DNA of 60,608 nt, the filler included. It is 2 parts of 2 records of this genome, joined end to end, with 100 filler letters (N's around TTAATTAATTAA, not from the genome) between each part and the next. Parts side by side here need not be neighbours in the genome. Positions count along the whole stretch, not along the records: positions 32,083 to 60,608 come from SRR22947727_2423; 1 more part is not named here. One strand, given 5' to 3'. This document shows positions 34,929 through 43,569 of the stretch, piece after piece; the first letter of the stretch is position 1; each line of letters begins with the position of its first letter. A program made the translations under genes and the position numbers. The notes beneath the pieces were generated by a model. The model searched no databases and was not told where the DNA came from. It saw nothing but the letters and a program-made list of their open reading frames with translations.

Positions 34929-35178
34929 TCCTGCTTCCGCAGGTACAATGCTTACTGATGTAAGTGAAACAAGCTATCAACTGATAGCATACATAGCTAT
35001 CGCTATGATCTTTGCTATATCATTATGCTTAAAATGGAAATCACCGGCAGGTGTAATTGCTGGTATCTTCTGGGTTGTGTTCTTAGCAGTAATAATGTTA
35101 AAGATTATTATTAACATTATATGGGCTAAGGATAGTGCTTTCTTCGAAAGTATGAGTAAGAATGATATTAATAATTAG
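34864..35178 (+). CDS. Phage membrane protein
   Basis: AGGAGG RBS, signal-like N-terminus plus two TM segments. Confidence 0.65.
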   Translation: MGWIRLALLLLVCLAIALFYPSPASAGTMLTDVSETSYQLIAYIAIAMIFAISLCLKWKSPAGVIAGIFWVVFLAVIMLKIIINIIWAKDSAFFESMSKNDINN

Positions 35179-35216
35179 TTTGTCTTGGTATGTGCTTTCG
35201 TAGAAAGTATTAATAC

Positions 35217-35248
35217 TAATATATACCCGTTTTTTAGGAAAAACGTCA
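35217..35248 (-). promoter_or_regulatory. Conserved 32-bp promoter-like element, copy 1 (leftward)
   Basis: Minus strand TGACGTTTTTCCTAAAAAACGGGTATATATTA, 26/32 identical to the plus-strand copy at 44406-44437. Confidence 0.55.
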
Positions 35249-35285
35249 ATGAAAATTGCAAGTTTCTAATCAAAAGGTTGTTTTT

Positions 35286-35456
35286 ATGTTTGATTCAGAT
35301 ATTGAGGGGCTTAGAAAGGATCTTTCAGAGGCTCAGAAGAGGATTGATTCAGGCTCAACTGAGGAAGATAGGCTTGATGCAGCAAGGGAGGCTGGCCAGT
35401 TACGTAAAGATATAAGGGCGTTAGAGAACAAGCGCCTTAATCTGGGGAGGAAATGA
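35286..35456 (+). CDS. Small coiled-coil phage protein
   Basis: MFDSDIEGLRKDLSEAQKR..., stop overlaps the first MLxLY-family start. Confidence 0.6.
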   Translation: MFDSDIEGLRKDLSEAQKRIDSGSTEEDRLDAAREAGQLRKDIRALENKRLNLGRK

Positions 35457-35629
35457 TGTTGATATTATGGAGGTTAGGGGATCGTGTGCTGATCCGCTCC
35501 ACCCGAGCCACCGACAGTGCACCAGTGGGCAATGGGGATAGCATTATAGGCTTAAATGGCCATGTCCCTGACATTAGCAGGCCTGCGGGGGAGGGAGCTA
35601 AGCCTCCTTTAATGGTGAAGTATGCTTAA
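35456..35629 (+). CDS. MLxLY-family microprotein 1 (57 aa)
   Basis: MLILWRLGDRV...GAKPPLMVKYA*, GGAGG RBS. Not in the ORF track. Confidence 0.7.
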   Translation: MLILWRLGDRVLIRSTRATDSAPVGNGDSIIGLNGHVPDISRPAGEGAKPPLMVKYA

Positions 35630-35834
35630 GCTATACAAGAGGAAGGACTTTATCAGGCCTGTTAAAGGTATTGCTATTGGCAGGGTGTATGAGACTCACA
35701 ACCGTAAGATATGCATACATGCGCCAACAAAGGCAATGGGCCACTTCTGGAAGGATTGTTACACTTCTAGGCCCCTCTTACATGGGCCTAATGGCATTGT
35801 TAAAGAGGGTCTTAGGTATGTTGAAGTTATATAG
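35622..35834 (+). CDS. MLxLY-family microprotein 2 (70 aa)
   Basis: MLKLYKRKDF...SRPLL..., ATGCTTAA overlap with member 1. Confidence 0.7.
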   Translation: MLKLYKRKDFIRPVKGIAIGRVYETHNRKICIHAPTKAMGHFWKDCYTSRPLLHGPNGIVKEGLRYVEVI

Positions 35835-36006
35835 GGCGTGGGACACTGCCAGGTGGAAGGGTGTTGGCCGCGTGAGGGTTTACAATGTAATGCCTTTCCC
35901 ACATTCGGCCGAAGTCATAGTACGCACTCATCGTGGGGATTTCTCACGGCCCTGCTGCAAGAAACTTAAGCCAGTCTTACACACACCGGAGGTGGATCAT
36001 GCTTAA
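35818..36006 (+). CDS. MLxLY-family microprotein 3 (62 aa)
   Basis: MLKLYRAWD...KLKPVLHTPEVDHA*. Confidence 0.72.
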   Translation: MLKLYRAWDTARWKGVGRVRVYNVMPFPHSAEVIVRTHRGDFSRPCCKKLKPVLHTPEVDHA

Positions 36007-36172
36007 GTTATATAAAGAAGGTGATGAGGTTAGGTGGGTCAAAGGGCGGAGGTCCTACGTGGTGTGGAAGCTAAGTCACATAAATTGGCATCTGGAGCTA
36101 GACAATAGATGTTCGAATATGATTATATGTGACGCAGTGCCCATACTAATAAGGCCCTACCCTAAACCCTGA
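35999..36172 (+). CDS. MLxLY-family microprotein 4 (57 aa)
   Basis: MLKLYKEGDEV...AVPILIRPYPKP*, GGAGG RBS, ATGCTTAA overlap. Confidence 0.75.
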   Translation: MLKLYKEGDEVRWVKGRRSYVVWKLSHINWHLELDNRCSNMIICDAVPILIRPYPKP

Positions 36173-36271
36173 GACCTACGGTGATAGGCCTGTACGTAAG
36201 GGCCGAGTTAATGGGTGGCCAAACAGGAGATAATTGCTAGAAAATTTTAATTACAATCTTGGAGAAGGTTT

Positions 36272-36778
36272 ATGAACGTTGAAACTGTTGTTAATGATGC
36301 TAAAACACTTGCTGCTAGCACACAGGAGGCCCTAGAAGCTCCTGTAAAGGCCGTGGCTGAACACAAGGATGAGATTAATACTATCAATGGGGCTGTGGCT
36401 AAACTGCTTCAGGATGCAGGTCACGCTGTCTCAGAAGGAGTGACATTATTAGGGGCTGAGATTAGTGACATTGCTATGCAGTTCATCCTCTACCGTGGAG
36501 TGGTGGCTGGTGTTGCTCTACTAACTTCCTTACTGGTGCTAATTGGTGGTGTTACCTTCTTGTGGAAGGTGCGTAAGATTTATAAGAAGAAGTGGTTCGA
36601 GGACAATGATGGTAACAATCTGTCTAAGGCTGGTAGTGCCATCTTCATCTATGGGTCTGGACTTTTAATTGTGGGGGAGTGCTTGGCCAACCTAGCACAC
36701 TATGGTCATGAACTCATCCTCATATCAATAGCTCCTAAATGGTTCCTAATTCAGGAAGCTGCTAAGCTGGTGAACTGA
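36272..36778 (+). CDS. Phage membrane protein
   Basis: GGAG RBS, hydrophobic segments in the C-terminal half. Confidence 0.75.
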   Translation: MNVETVVNDAKTLAASTQEALEAPVKAVAEHKDEINTINGAVAKLLQDAGHAVSEGVTLLGAEISDIAMQFILYRGVVAGVALLTSLLVLIGGVTFLWKVRKIYKKKWFEDNDGNNLSKAGSAIFIYGSGLLIVGECLANLAHYGHELILISIAPKWFLIQEAAKLVN

Positions 36779-37176
36779 TGAAGACCTCTAATCATGGTGA
36801 TCTTACAGCATATGAGTCTTGTGGTAGGATTGTAGCTATTGTTGAGAGGGTGCGGGGAACATCTTATAGACATCCTGAGTACAGATGGTTTGTGGTGGGG
36901 GATAACTGCAAAAGTATTCGTAAGGCAGATTTTGACTGGGAGGTTGATAATTTCTCCACACTAAACAGAAGGAGTTTTGGCTTCTATAACACAGGACATT
37001 GCGATAACGGCTCCCTAAAAGATTGGAAGAAGGTCTTAAGCAAGCTTGAAGAGCGTGAGGCTAAGGTGTATGAAGATTATAAACGTAGGTGTTGGATGCC
37101 TGTGACAATTCTGTGCAAGCTTGTGCTTGGATGCTTACTACTTGTGGAGAAGGATGATGCTAAACCTTTACCGTGA
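36778..37176 (+). CDS. Phage hypothetical protein
   Basis: TGATG-coupled ORF. Confidence 0.6.
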   Translation: MKTSNHGDLTAYESCGRIVAIVERVRGTSYRHPEYRWFVVGDNCKSIRKADFDWEVDNFSTLNRRSFGFYNTGHCDNGSLKDWKKVLSKLEEREAKVYEDYKRRCWMPVTILCKLVLGCLLLVEKDDAKPLP

Positions 37177-37378
37177 GGGTGATCACACTAACTTGGGCAA
37201 GGTCAACGGTGTACACCTACCATACCTAGGTTTTGTGGACAGAATCGCCATTACATGCAATTTAAAACCTAAATTAAAATTAATTAAGAGGAACAAAGAT
37301 GCTTATAGGAGTTTATGGAACGCTAAAGAAAGGTCATGGCAATCACAGGTTGCTAGAGGGCCAAGAACTCGTTGGTAA
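37157..37378 (+). CDS. MLxLY-family microprotein 5 (tail overlaps GGCT gene)
   Basis: MLNLYREGDH...NLKPKL..., GGAG RBS. Confidence 0.65.
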   Translation: MLNLYREGDHTNLGKVNGVHLPYLGFVDRIAITCNLKPKLKLIKRNKDAYRSLWNAKERSWQSQVARGPRTRW

Positions 37379-37658
37379 CATAACACTTGAGGGCTTCGTC
37401 ATGCACTCTCTAGGCGGCTTTCCTGCCATAGTTGAGGGTGAGGGCAGTGTTGTTGCTGAAGTGTATCAGGTGGAAGATGAGGAGGTTCTCCGAAGGCTTG
37501 ATAGTTTAGAAGGTTATGATAAGCACAGTGACTCTGGCATGTATTTAAGACGAACTGTAGCTACAGATTTGGGTGAGGTGAGTTACTACCTCTGGAACAG
37601 TGGTATTGAGCGACTAGGCTTGGCTAAAAAGAACGAGGAAGGTCATTATGAGTGGTGA
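37299..37658 (+). CDS. Gamma-glutamylcyclotransferase (AIG2-like) family protein
   Basis: VYGTLKKG, GFPAI, EVYQV, LDSLEG motifs. Confidence 0.88.
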   Translation: MLIGVYGTLKKGHGNHRLLEGQELVGNITLEGFVMHSLGGFPAIVEGEGSVVAEVYQVEDEEVLRRLDSLEGYDKHSDSGMYLRRTVATDLGEVSYYLWNSGIERLGLAKKNEEGHYEW

Positions 37659-38529
37659 TAATGTTGATGTAATGTTTAAGATGGGGATTGACAAGCTGTC
37701 AGGTCGTAGCAAGAATGATACAGCTTGCTTTGCTGAGATTGGTGAGTCCGTAGGCTCATCTTCTAAGAAGTTGATAGCTGCAATCAAGGGCACAGCTTGC
37801 CACGGGTCTATATCAAGCCACAGCACACGTAAGCCCCAAGCTTTTGTGTCTCGTATACAAACTGGGCACTGTGAACACAAAAGCTTAACACCAGAAGATC
37901 GTCTTATATACGTCAACTGGTTGGTTAATGATAGCAATTATGCTGAGCCCTTCTTGATTAAGGACGCTGAGCGTATCATCGCAGAGGGCCACTTCATTGT
38001 TGGAACTAACTTCCCTGCTAATGAGGTGGGGCAATCACTAGTGTCCTCTAGGCGTGTGTCTGAGCATGTGCATATAGCACGTATCACTGCTGAGTTTATC
38101 AAGGCGGGTTGTGATGGGCATGTAGGCTACTTAATAGCTCACTTCCTACGGCTTAAGAAGGAAGGCTTGTTCTATTCTCATGGATCTCCTGAGCACTACT
38201 CATTGTATGAAGAGTATTTTAGCAAGGAGTTCGTACATAACTGGCTTGTTAATAAGAATCCTCTTAAGCGCCCCTTGTACACTGAAAACCCTAACTACCA
38301 CGGCTATCCTTACAGCTGGGGTAGGGTGCATGGTGAGGGAGGGCATCAAGGCTTGTACAACAAGCTTAAGGGAGACTTCAGCCACTTTGAGGCAGTGAAG
38401 CTTGCTGTAATCAATCCATTCACAACATCCTCCTCTAATCAGGAAGATACTGTTAACTTTGAGCAATGGTGTAAGGCCATCCCAGAAATTGAAAAGGCTG
38501 TGAAGGAGTGGGCTAATGTCAAAGCCTAA
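37648..38529 (+). CDS. Hypothetical protein within the peptide-ligase module
   Basis: 293-aa ORF overlapping both neighbours. No family recognised. Confidence 0.8.
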   Translation: MSGDNVDVMFKMGIDKLSGRSKNDTACFAEIGESVGSSSKKLIAAIKGTACHGSISSHSTRKPQAFVSRIQTGHCEHKSLTPEDRLIYVNWLVNDSNYAEPFLIKDAERIIAEGHFIVGTNFPANEVGQSLVSSRRVSEHVHIARITAEFIKAGCDGHVGYLIAHFLRLKKEGLFYSHGSPEHYSLYEEYFSKEFVHNWLVNKNPLKRPLYTENPNYHGYPYSWGRVHGEGGHQGLYNKLKGDFSHFEAVKLAVINPFTTSSSNQEDTVNFEQWCKAIPEIEKAVKEWANVKA

Positions 38530-39166
38530 GGTTTATGTTGTAGGTAACAGCGTTTCCTACATGTTCATGTTTAATGCCAGAGGTTGGGAGTGTGTATCAA
38601 CTGTAGCTGAAGCTGATCTAGTGCAGTTTACAGGGGGTGTTGACATTAACCCTGAACTGTATGGGCAAGAGATGTCCCAGCATGTACGTAGTATTGACTC
38701 CAAGCGTGATCAAAATGAGGCTAATATATTTAATCGTTGCCTCGAAGAGGGAAAGCCTATGGCTGGCATATGCCGTGGTGCTCAGCTCCTCAATGTATTG
38801 AGCGGGGGCTCTCTATATCAGCATGTAGATAATCATAGGGTGGCTCACAAGGCTTACCTTAAGGGCGGTGGAGAGATTGAGGTTAGCTCTACACACCACC
38901 AAATGATGATCCCAGCCCATGGGCTGGGCGAAGTGTTAGCAACAGCTAGGGAAAGCAACATGCGTCTCAGGATGGTAGGCACAAAGGAACTGTGCGATAT
39001 CGATGGTGGTGCAACCACAGAGGATTATGTGGAAGATGTGGAGGTTGTTTACTATAAGCATAGTGAATGTCTCTGCTATCAGCCCCATCCTGAGCGTGCA
39101 GGGTACAAGGATTGTACCGACTTTTACTTTCAACTTTTAGATAATTTATTTTCACTTAAGGCTTAA
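38516..39166 (+). CDS. Class I glutamine amidotransferase / peptidase C26-like
   Basis: TGGVDINPELYG, nucleophile elbow GICRGAQ, QPHPE His-Glu pair. Confidence 0.9.
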   Translation: MSKPKVYVVGNSVSYMFMFNARGWECVSTVAEADLVQFTGGVDINPELYGQEMSQHVRSIDSKRDQNEANIFNRCLEEGKPMAGICRGAQLLNVLSGGSLYQHVDNHRVAHKAYLKGGGEIEVSSTHHQMMIPAHGLGEVLATARESNMRLRMVGTKELCDIDGGATTEDYVEDVEVVYYKHSECLCYQPHPERAGYKDCTDFYFQLLDNLFSLKA

Positions 39167-39169
39167 ACT

Positions 39170-40369
39170 ATGTGCGGATTAGTCGGGGCAGTAGGCCCCA
39201 TCAATGCTAAAGATGAGAAAGCATTTAAAACTCTTCTCGATTTAGATGTTCTTAGGGGCATCCATTCAACAGGTGTGTACGGTGTTAACCGTGGCTCAGG
39301 TAATGGCATTTTAGCCAAGGAAGTTGGCACACCTCATCAGAACTTACATGATAGTAATGAGTTTAAAGCTATCATGCGACAGATTAACATATGCCTGATA
39401 GGCCATAACCGCCATGCTACACAAGGTGGTATCAATCGTATGAGTGCCCACCCCTTTGAGTTTGATGGGCTTGTAGGGGCACACAATGGTACATTAGTGA
39501 CAGGCTGGAAGCGTGAGCTTGATGCTGGTAACTACTATCAGGTGGATAGCGAGTGCTTATATCATAACATTAACTCCGTAGGACTTAAGGAGACGCTCCC
39601 TAAGGCTGATGGTGCCTATGCTTTAACATGGTGGGACAAGAACACCAATGAGCTTAATATCATCCGTAACAGTGAGCGTACGCTGTTCTACACAGTATCC
39701 ACAAGTGGTGTTATCTTCTGGGCTAGTGAGTCCTGGATGTTAACTGCTGCACTAGGGCGTGAAGGCATTAAGTATGGTGAGGTCAAGTCTTTTGAAGAAA
39801 TGAAACACTACCGTGTTAAGTGTAACACTGGCACCACCGCAAGCATTGAGATGTTAGAGCCTGAGGATCTTTCAGCTTACGAGGCTGCCCCCACGACTTA
39901 CTATGGGGGAAGTTGGAAGAGCCAAAAAAAGCAAAGCGCAGGTGGAGGAAGTGCAACAACCTCCACTAACCTGCCTGCGGTACAAGAACACGAGTTGCAA
40001 AAGCTTATTGGTAAAACTATATCTTTTAAAGTGGTTCGTGATTACGCTAACTGTTTTGTGTGCACTACTAACAAAACCTCTGTTGTAATTCGTATCTTCC
40101 CTAACGGCAGTGCCCGACTTAACGAGATGTTAGAGGTTGGCAAGTGGTACGAAGGGGAAGTTAAGCACTTTTCTAAAGGTGATGGGTATAATAGCCCCTA
40201 CCTCCGCTTAGACAACCGTACAATTGGCCTGCCTCAAGATTGTGATGATGAAGAGGAAGTCGAATCCAAAGAGTGCAACTTCTGTTCTGAACCTTCTGTA
40301 GAGGGTGAAGATTATTGTAGTGATTGCCTTAGCTATGGGCAATGGCAAGACCAAATCGTTTCTAACTAA
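39170..40369 (+). CDS. Class II (Ntn) glutamine amidotransferase with C-terminal extension and zinc ribbon
   Basis: N-terminal MCGLVG, GHNRHAT, AHPF, HNGTL, VDSE. Tail CNFC...CSDC. Confidence 0.9.
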   Translation: MCGLVGAVGPINAKDEKAFKTLLDLDVLRGIHSTGVYGVNRGSGNGILAKEVGTPHQNLHDSNEFKAIMRQINICLIGHNRHATQGGINRMSAHPFEFDGLVGAHNGTLVTGWKRELDAGNYYQVDSECLYHNINSVGLKETLPKADGAYALTWWDKNTNELNIIRNSERTLFYTVSTSGVIFWASESWMLTAALGREGIKYGEVKSFEEMKHYRVKCNTGTTASIEMLEPEDLSAYEAAPTTYYGGSWKSQKKQSAGGGSATTSTNLPAVQEHELQKLIGKTISFKVVRDYANCFVCTTNKTSVVIRIFPNGSARLNEMLEVGKWYEGEVKHFSKGDGYNSPYLRLDNRTIGLPQDCDDEEEVESKECNFCSEPSVEGEDYCSDCLSYGQWQDQIVSN

Positions 40370-40398
40370 TACTTTACATACATATCTTGGAGAAGATT

Positions 40399-41301
40399 AT
40401 GAAAATTAATACTAAAAAGCATGGCGAGATTGAGTTTTTAATTGGTGCAGATCCTGAGATGTTCATTCGTAACCCAGGTAAGCGCTTCTATTGTAATGCA
40501 CATGATAAAATCCCTGGGACTAAGGCTGATCCACACCCAGTTAAGGATGGGGCTGTGCAAGTGGATGGCATGGCTGTTGAGTTTAACATCAATCCTGCTG
40601 CTACAGAAGATGAGTTTGTAAACAATTGTAACAGCGTCATGAGCCAGCTTGAGGCTATGGTGGCCCCATATGAATTGGTTGCTACACCACTGGCAAGGTT
40701 CACTAAGAAAGCCTTCCAAGTGGCTGAGGCGAAGTATCCTGAGAGCTTAGAGTTGGGCTGTGACCCAGACTTTGATGCTTACACAGGCAAGGCTAACCCC
40801 CGTCCTGATGCCAGTGACATTAACTATCGTACTGGTGCTGGACACATACACATTGGCTGGGGAGAAGACATCCCCTTAGACCACCCAACACATCAAGAAG
40901 CATGTCGAGCAATTGCACAGCAGCTTGACTACTTCCTAGGCCTGCCCTCATTAGGATGGGATGACTGTCATGATCGACGTACCCTGTACGGAAAGGCTGG
41001 TGCCTACCGTCCTAAGAGCTATGGTATGGAGTACCGTACCCTTAGTAATGCTTGGTTGCTAAGTGAAGAACGTATGCGCTTTGTGTACACTTCAGCCATT
41101 GCAGCTATCAAGACGTTATCATCTGGTGAGAATGCTTGGAACCTTAAGCGTCACTATAACGAGTATGCTCGTGAGGTGATCAACACAATTAAGAAAGATA
41201 ATGAGAAGAGTGGTAAAGAGTTTGCCTCTCGTTTCATACCTGAGGCTAACCGAGTTGCCGAAGAGCAAGGCCTTGGATTTAAACTGGTACAACCAAAGTA
41301 G
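40399..41301 (+). CDS. phiEco32-like COOH-NH2 ligase type 2 (glutamine synthetase/GCS fold)
   Basis: IGADPEMF, QVDGMAVEFN, GCDPD, GHIHIG, YRPKSYGMEYRTLSNAW. Confidence 0.88.
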   Translation: MKINTKKHGEIEFLIGADPEMFIRNPGKRFYCNAHDKIPGTKADPHPVKDGAVQVDGMAVEFNINPAATEDEFVNNCNSVMSQLEAMVAPYELVATPLARFTKKAFQVAEAKYPESLELGCDPDFDAYTGKANPRPDASDINYRTGAGHIHIGWGEDIPLDHPTHQEACRAIAQQLDYFLGLPSLGWDDCHDRRTLYGKAGAYRPKSYGMEYRTLSNAWLLSEERMRFVYTSAIAAIKTLSSGENAWNLKRHYNEYAREVINTIKKDNEKSGKEFASRFIPEANRVAEEQGLGFKLVQPK

Positions 41302-41308
41302 GTGTGTT

Positions 41309-41854
41309 ATGTACGATAATGATTACAACTATGCACGAACGAGACTCCAAGATACCTTGATCAAGGACGATCAGGGAAAACCCCTATATGTTGTGGATGT
41401 AACCTCACAAGGGGTTGTAGCTGAATATTTTGATGGGGGAGACCATAAGGTTTTAAAGCTTGATGAGGTTGTTGTCACTGACCTTAAGCTAGGCTTTGTT
41501 AATTACCGGGGCAAGGCTTACTACCTAGCCCGTCAACCTAAGCGTAGAGATTGGCGTCAAGGTGTGAGAGGTCAGAATGTATGCAGCCTCTCTGGCGCTC
41601 TACCGCTCAGTAATAGCACCCTAGCCCAATGCCTTAGGGGAGACTTCCCAAGCCTGTCAGGGGCCTTACAGAAGGCCTCAGAGGTGGCTGAGTCTATAGC
41701 TTGGGCCAGAGATTGGGCTTTAAGTAAGAGCTTAGAGCTTTTGTATAAAGGTGAGGGTGTGGTTGGTAAGGTTGTGGATGGTGAGTTGGAGCTTAGCACA
41801 AAGTTCAGCTACCTACAGGAAGCATTGACGGAGGCTGAACATGCAGCTGGTTAA
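41309..41854 (+). CDS. Hypothetical protein between the two ligases
   Basis: MYDNDYNYARTRL...LGFVN...PKRRDWRQG. Overlaps the amidoligase start. Confidence 0.75.
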   Translation: MYDNDYNYARTRLQDTLIKDDQGKPLYVVDVTSQGVVAEYFDGGDHKVLKLDEVVVTDLKLGFVNYRGKAYYLARQPKRRDWRQGVRGQNVCSLSGALPLSNSTLAQCLRGDFPSLSGALQKASEVAESIAWARDWALSKSLELLYKGEGVVGKVVDGELELSTKFSYLQEALTEAEHAAG

Positions 41855-42677
41855 ACAAGCATTTGGTGTTAGTAGTAAAAGGGCGACTAAGGGCGAGTAT
41901 GGCCTTGAGATTGAGATTGAAGGGTCAGACTTCTTCCAGCCTAGTAAGTATTGGAAGGCTGTACCTGATGGCTCCTTGCATAATGGCATTGAGTATGTCC
42001 TAAGGAAGCCTCTAAGTCGTGAAGAACTAGAAAAGTCCCTTGACTTGTTCGAGGAAGGTGCCAAGGAAAGTAAGATGCGTACAAGTGTACGTACTAGCAC
42101 ACACTTGCATATCAATATGCAGGATGAAACTCTTATGAACCTGTTCAACACAATAACTTTGTACTTTGTGTTTGAGCCAGTGTTGACTAAGTGGTGTGGG
42201 GATAAGCGTGATGGCAACCTATTCTGTCTTAAAGGTTGTGATGCTGAATATATGCCCCACTTATTACGTCAGGCCCTTAAGTCATTAGATTGGCGTACCC
42301 TTGACACTGATGACATCCGTTACGCTAGCATGAACCTACTCTCCTTGTTTAAGTTTGGATCATTAGAGTTTAGAGCTATGCGTACACCTGACGGTAATTA
42401 TAAGCAAGAGTTGCTTAAGTGGGTTGATCTGATTAGTTGCCTTAAGGAGAAGGCTAGAGGCTTTAACAGCCCTGCCCATATCATGGGTGAGTATTCAGGT
42501 GGTGACAAGGCCAATTTTTGTGAGAAAATTTTCGGGCCACTTTCTGATGAGCTTTTTAATGTTGAAGGCTTTGAGGAGAGAATGCAAAAAGGCATTAGAA
42601 TTGCACAGGAGATTGGCTATAGTATTGACTGGGAGATCCTAAACCGCCCAGCAATTATCAACCCTTTCGAGGGGTAG
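41841..42677 (+). CDS. Putative amidoligase (Amidoligase_2-like)
   Basis: YGLEIEIEG, DGSL..GIEYV, STHLHIN, RYASMN, GSLEFR. Confidence 0.85.
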   Translation: MQLVKQAFGVSSKRATKGEYGLEIEIEGSDFFQPSKYWKAVPDGSLHNGIEYVLRKPLSREELEKSLDLFEEGAKESKMRTSVRTSTHLHINMQDETLMNLFNTITLYFVFEPVLTKWCGDKRDGNLFCLKGCDAEYMPHLLRQALKSLDWRTLDTDDIRYASMNLLSLFKFGSLEFRAMRTPDGNYKQELLKWVDLISCLKEKARGFNSPAHIMGEYSGGDKANFCEKIFGPLSDELFNVEGFEERMQKGIRIAQEIGYSIDWEILNRPAIINPFEG

Positions 42678-42679
42678 TT

Positions 42680-42847
42680 ATGCTCATCCTTTATGAGGCA
42701 GGCGACATGGTGGAAGACCTCTTTGGCGGTGGCATAGCAATTTGTTACTGCAACACGAATTACGGAGAGCTATTTTTGAACACAGAGTGCGAGGATATAC
42801 TTGTCGCAAGGAGCCTCAAGCCAATTCTGGAGGTGGGTAATGCTTAA
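42680..42847 (+). CDS. MLxLY-family microprotein 6 (55 aa)
   Basis: MLILYEAGDMV...SLKPILEVGNA*, GAGG RBS. Not in the ORF track. Confidence 0.75.
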   Translation: MLILYEAGDMVEDLFGGGIAICYCNTNYGELFLNTECEDILVARSLKPILEVGNA

Positions 42848-43052
42848 ACTTTACAGGACGGGTGATATCATTCAGGGAGTACGGTCTAGGAGGCTTTACC
42901 AAGTGACAAAATTTTCACACGGAATACTTCAGGGAAGGCCTATAACGATCAGTATGGATGGTGATTTGGTGGCGTCAGGTGGGGTTGGAGGTCCCCTAGG
43001 CCTCACCCTAACGGTCAATTACCTAGCCCCAAAACTGGAGGGCTTATGTTGA
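42840..43052 (+). CDS. MLxLY-family microprotein 7 (70 aa)
   Basis: MLKLYRTGDII...YLAPKLEGLC*, GGAGG RBS, ATGCTTAA overlap. Confidence 0.75.
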   Translation: MLKLYRTGDIIQGVRSRRLYQVTKFSHGILQGRPITISMDGDLVASGGVGGPLGLTLTVNYLAPKLEGLC

Positions 43053-43228
43053 ATCTATATAAGGCGGGGGATTGTATGTGTTCAGGCGACCTTACAGTGG
43101 ATGCTGTAACTGATCAAGCCCCCTATGGGTACTCCCCAGGACACAGATTAAGGGTTGTTTATGGGGGGACTGTACATGACCTCCGCTACGTTGAATCCTT
43201 CAAACCAGTGTTGTACAACTCATGCTAG
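43046..43228 (+). CDS. MLxLY-family microprotein 8 (60 aa)
   Basis: MLNLYKAGDC...SFKPVLYNSC*, GGAGG RBS, ATGTTGA overlap. Confidence 0.75.
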   Translation: MLNLYKAGDCMCSGDLTVDAVTDQAPYGYSPGHRLRVVYGGTVHDLRYVESFKPVLYNSC

Positions 43229-43569
43229 TCTTATACAAGGAGGGGGACAGGGGGCTTTCCAGGAGGTGGAGGGCTGACCCCTGGAGAGAAGTAGGGGTGA
43301 CACACCCCTTCACAATTCCAGACGTTAGTGGTGTAAGAGTGATGTGCCTAAGTTACGACGGGGGCACTGACCTAGCCAGTAGTTTTAAACCAATATTAAT
43401 TAGGAGGAGATCATGCGTCTCTACGCTTATAAACAAGGTTCACAATCTGCCAAAGACTTGGCAACCGCGCTTGGTATTAAAAGGATTAGGCACAATAACA
43501 GCCTGTATCGTCCTCGGGCTGGCCACAGGCTCATTAATTGGGGGTCTTCTAATCTACCTGCTCCCCTAA
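43222..43569 (+). CDS. MLxLY-family microprotein 9 (tail runs out of frame into the ATP-grasp gene)
   Basis: MLVLYKEGDR...SFKPILIRRRS..., ATGCTAG overlap. Confidence 0.68.
   Translation: MLVLYKEGDRGLSRRWRADPWREVGVTHPFTIPDVSGVRVMCLSYDGGTDLASSFKPILIRRRSCVSTLINKVHNLPKTWQPRLVLKGLGTITACIVLGLATGSLIGGLLIYLLP

Noticed and set aside
36173-36271. Possible structured RNA in the gap after array 1
   Set aside because: Only 4-bp stems (CCTA/TAGG, GGCC/GGCC) are visible, which is too weak to call without covariation data.
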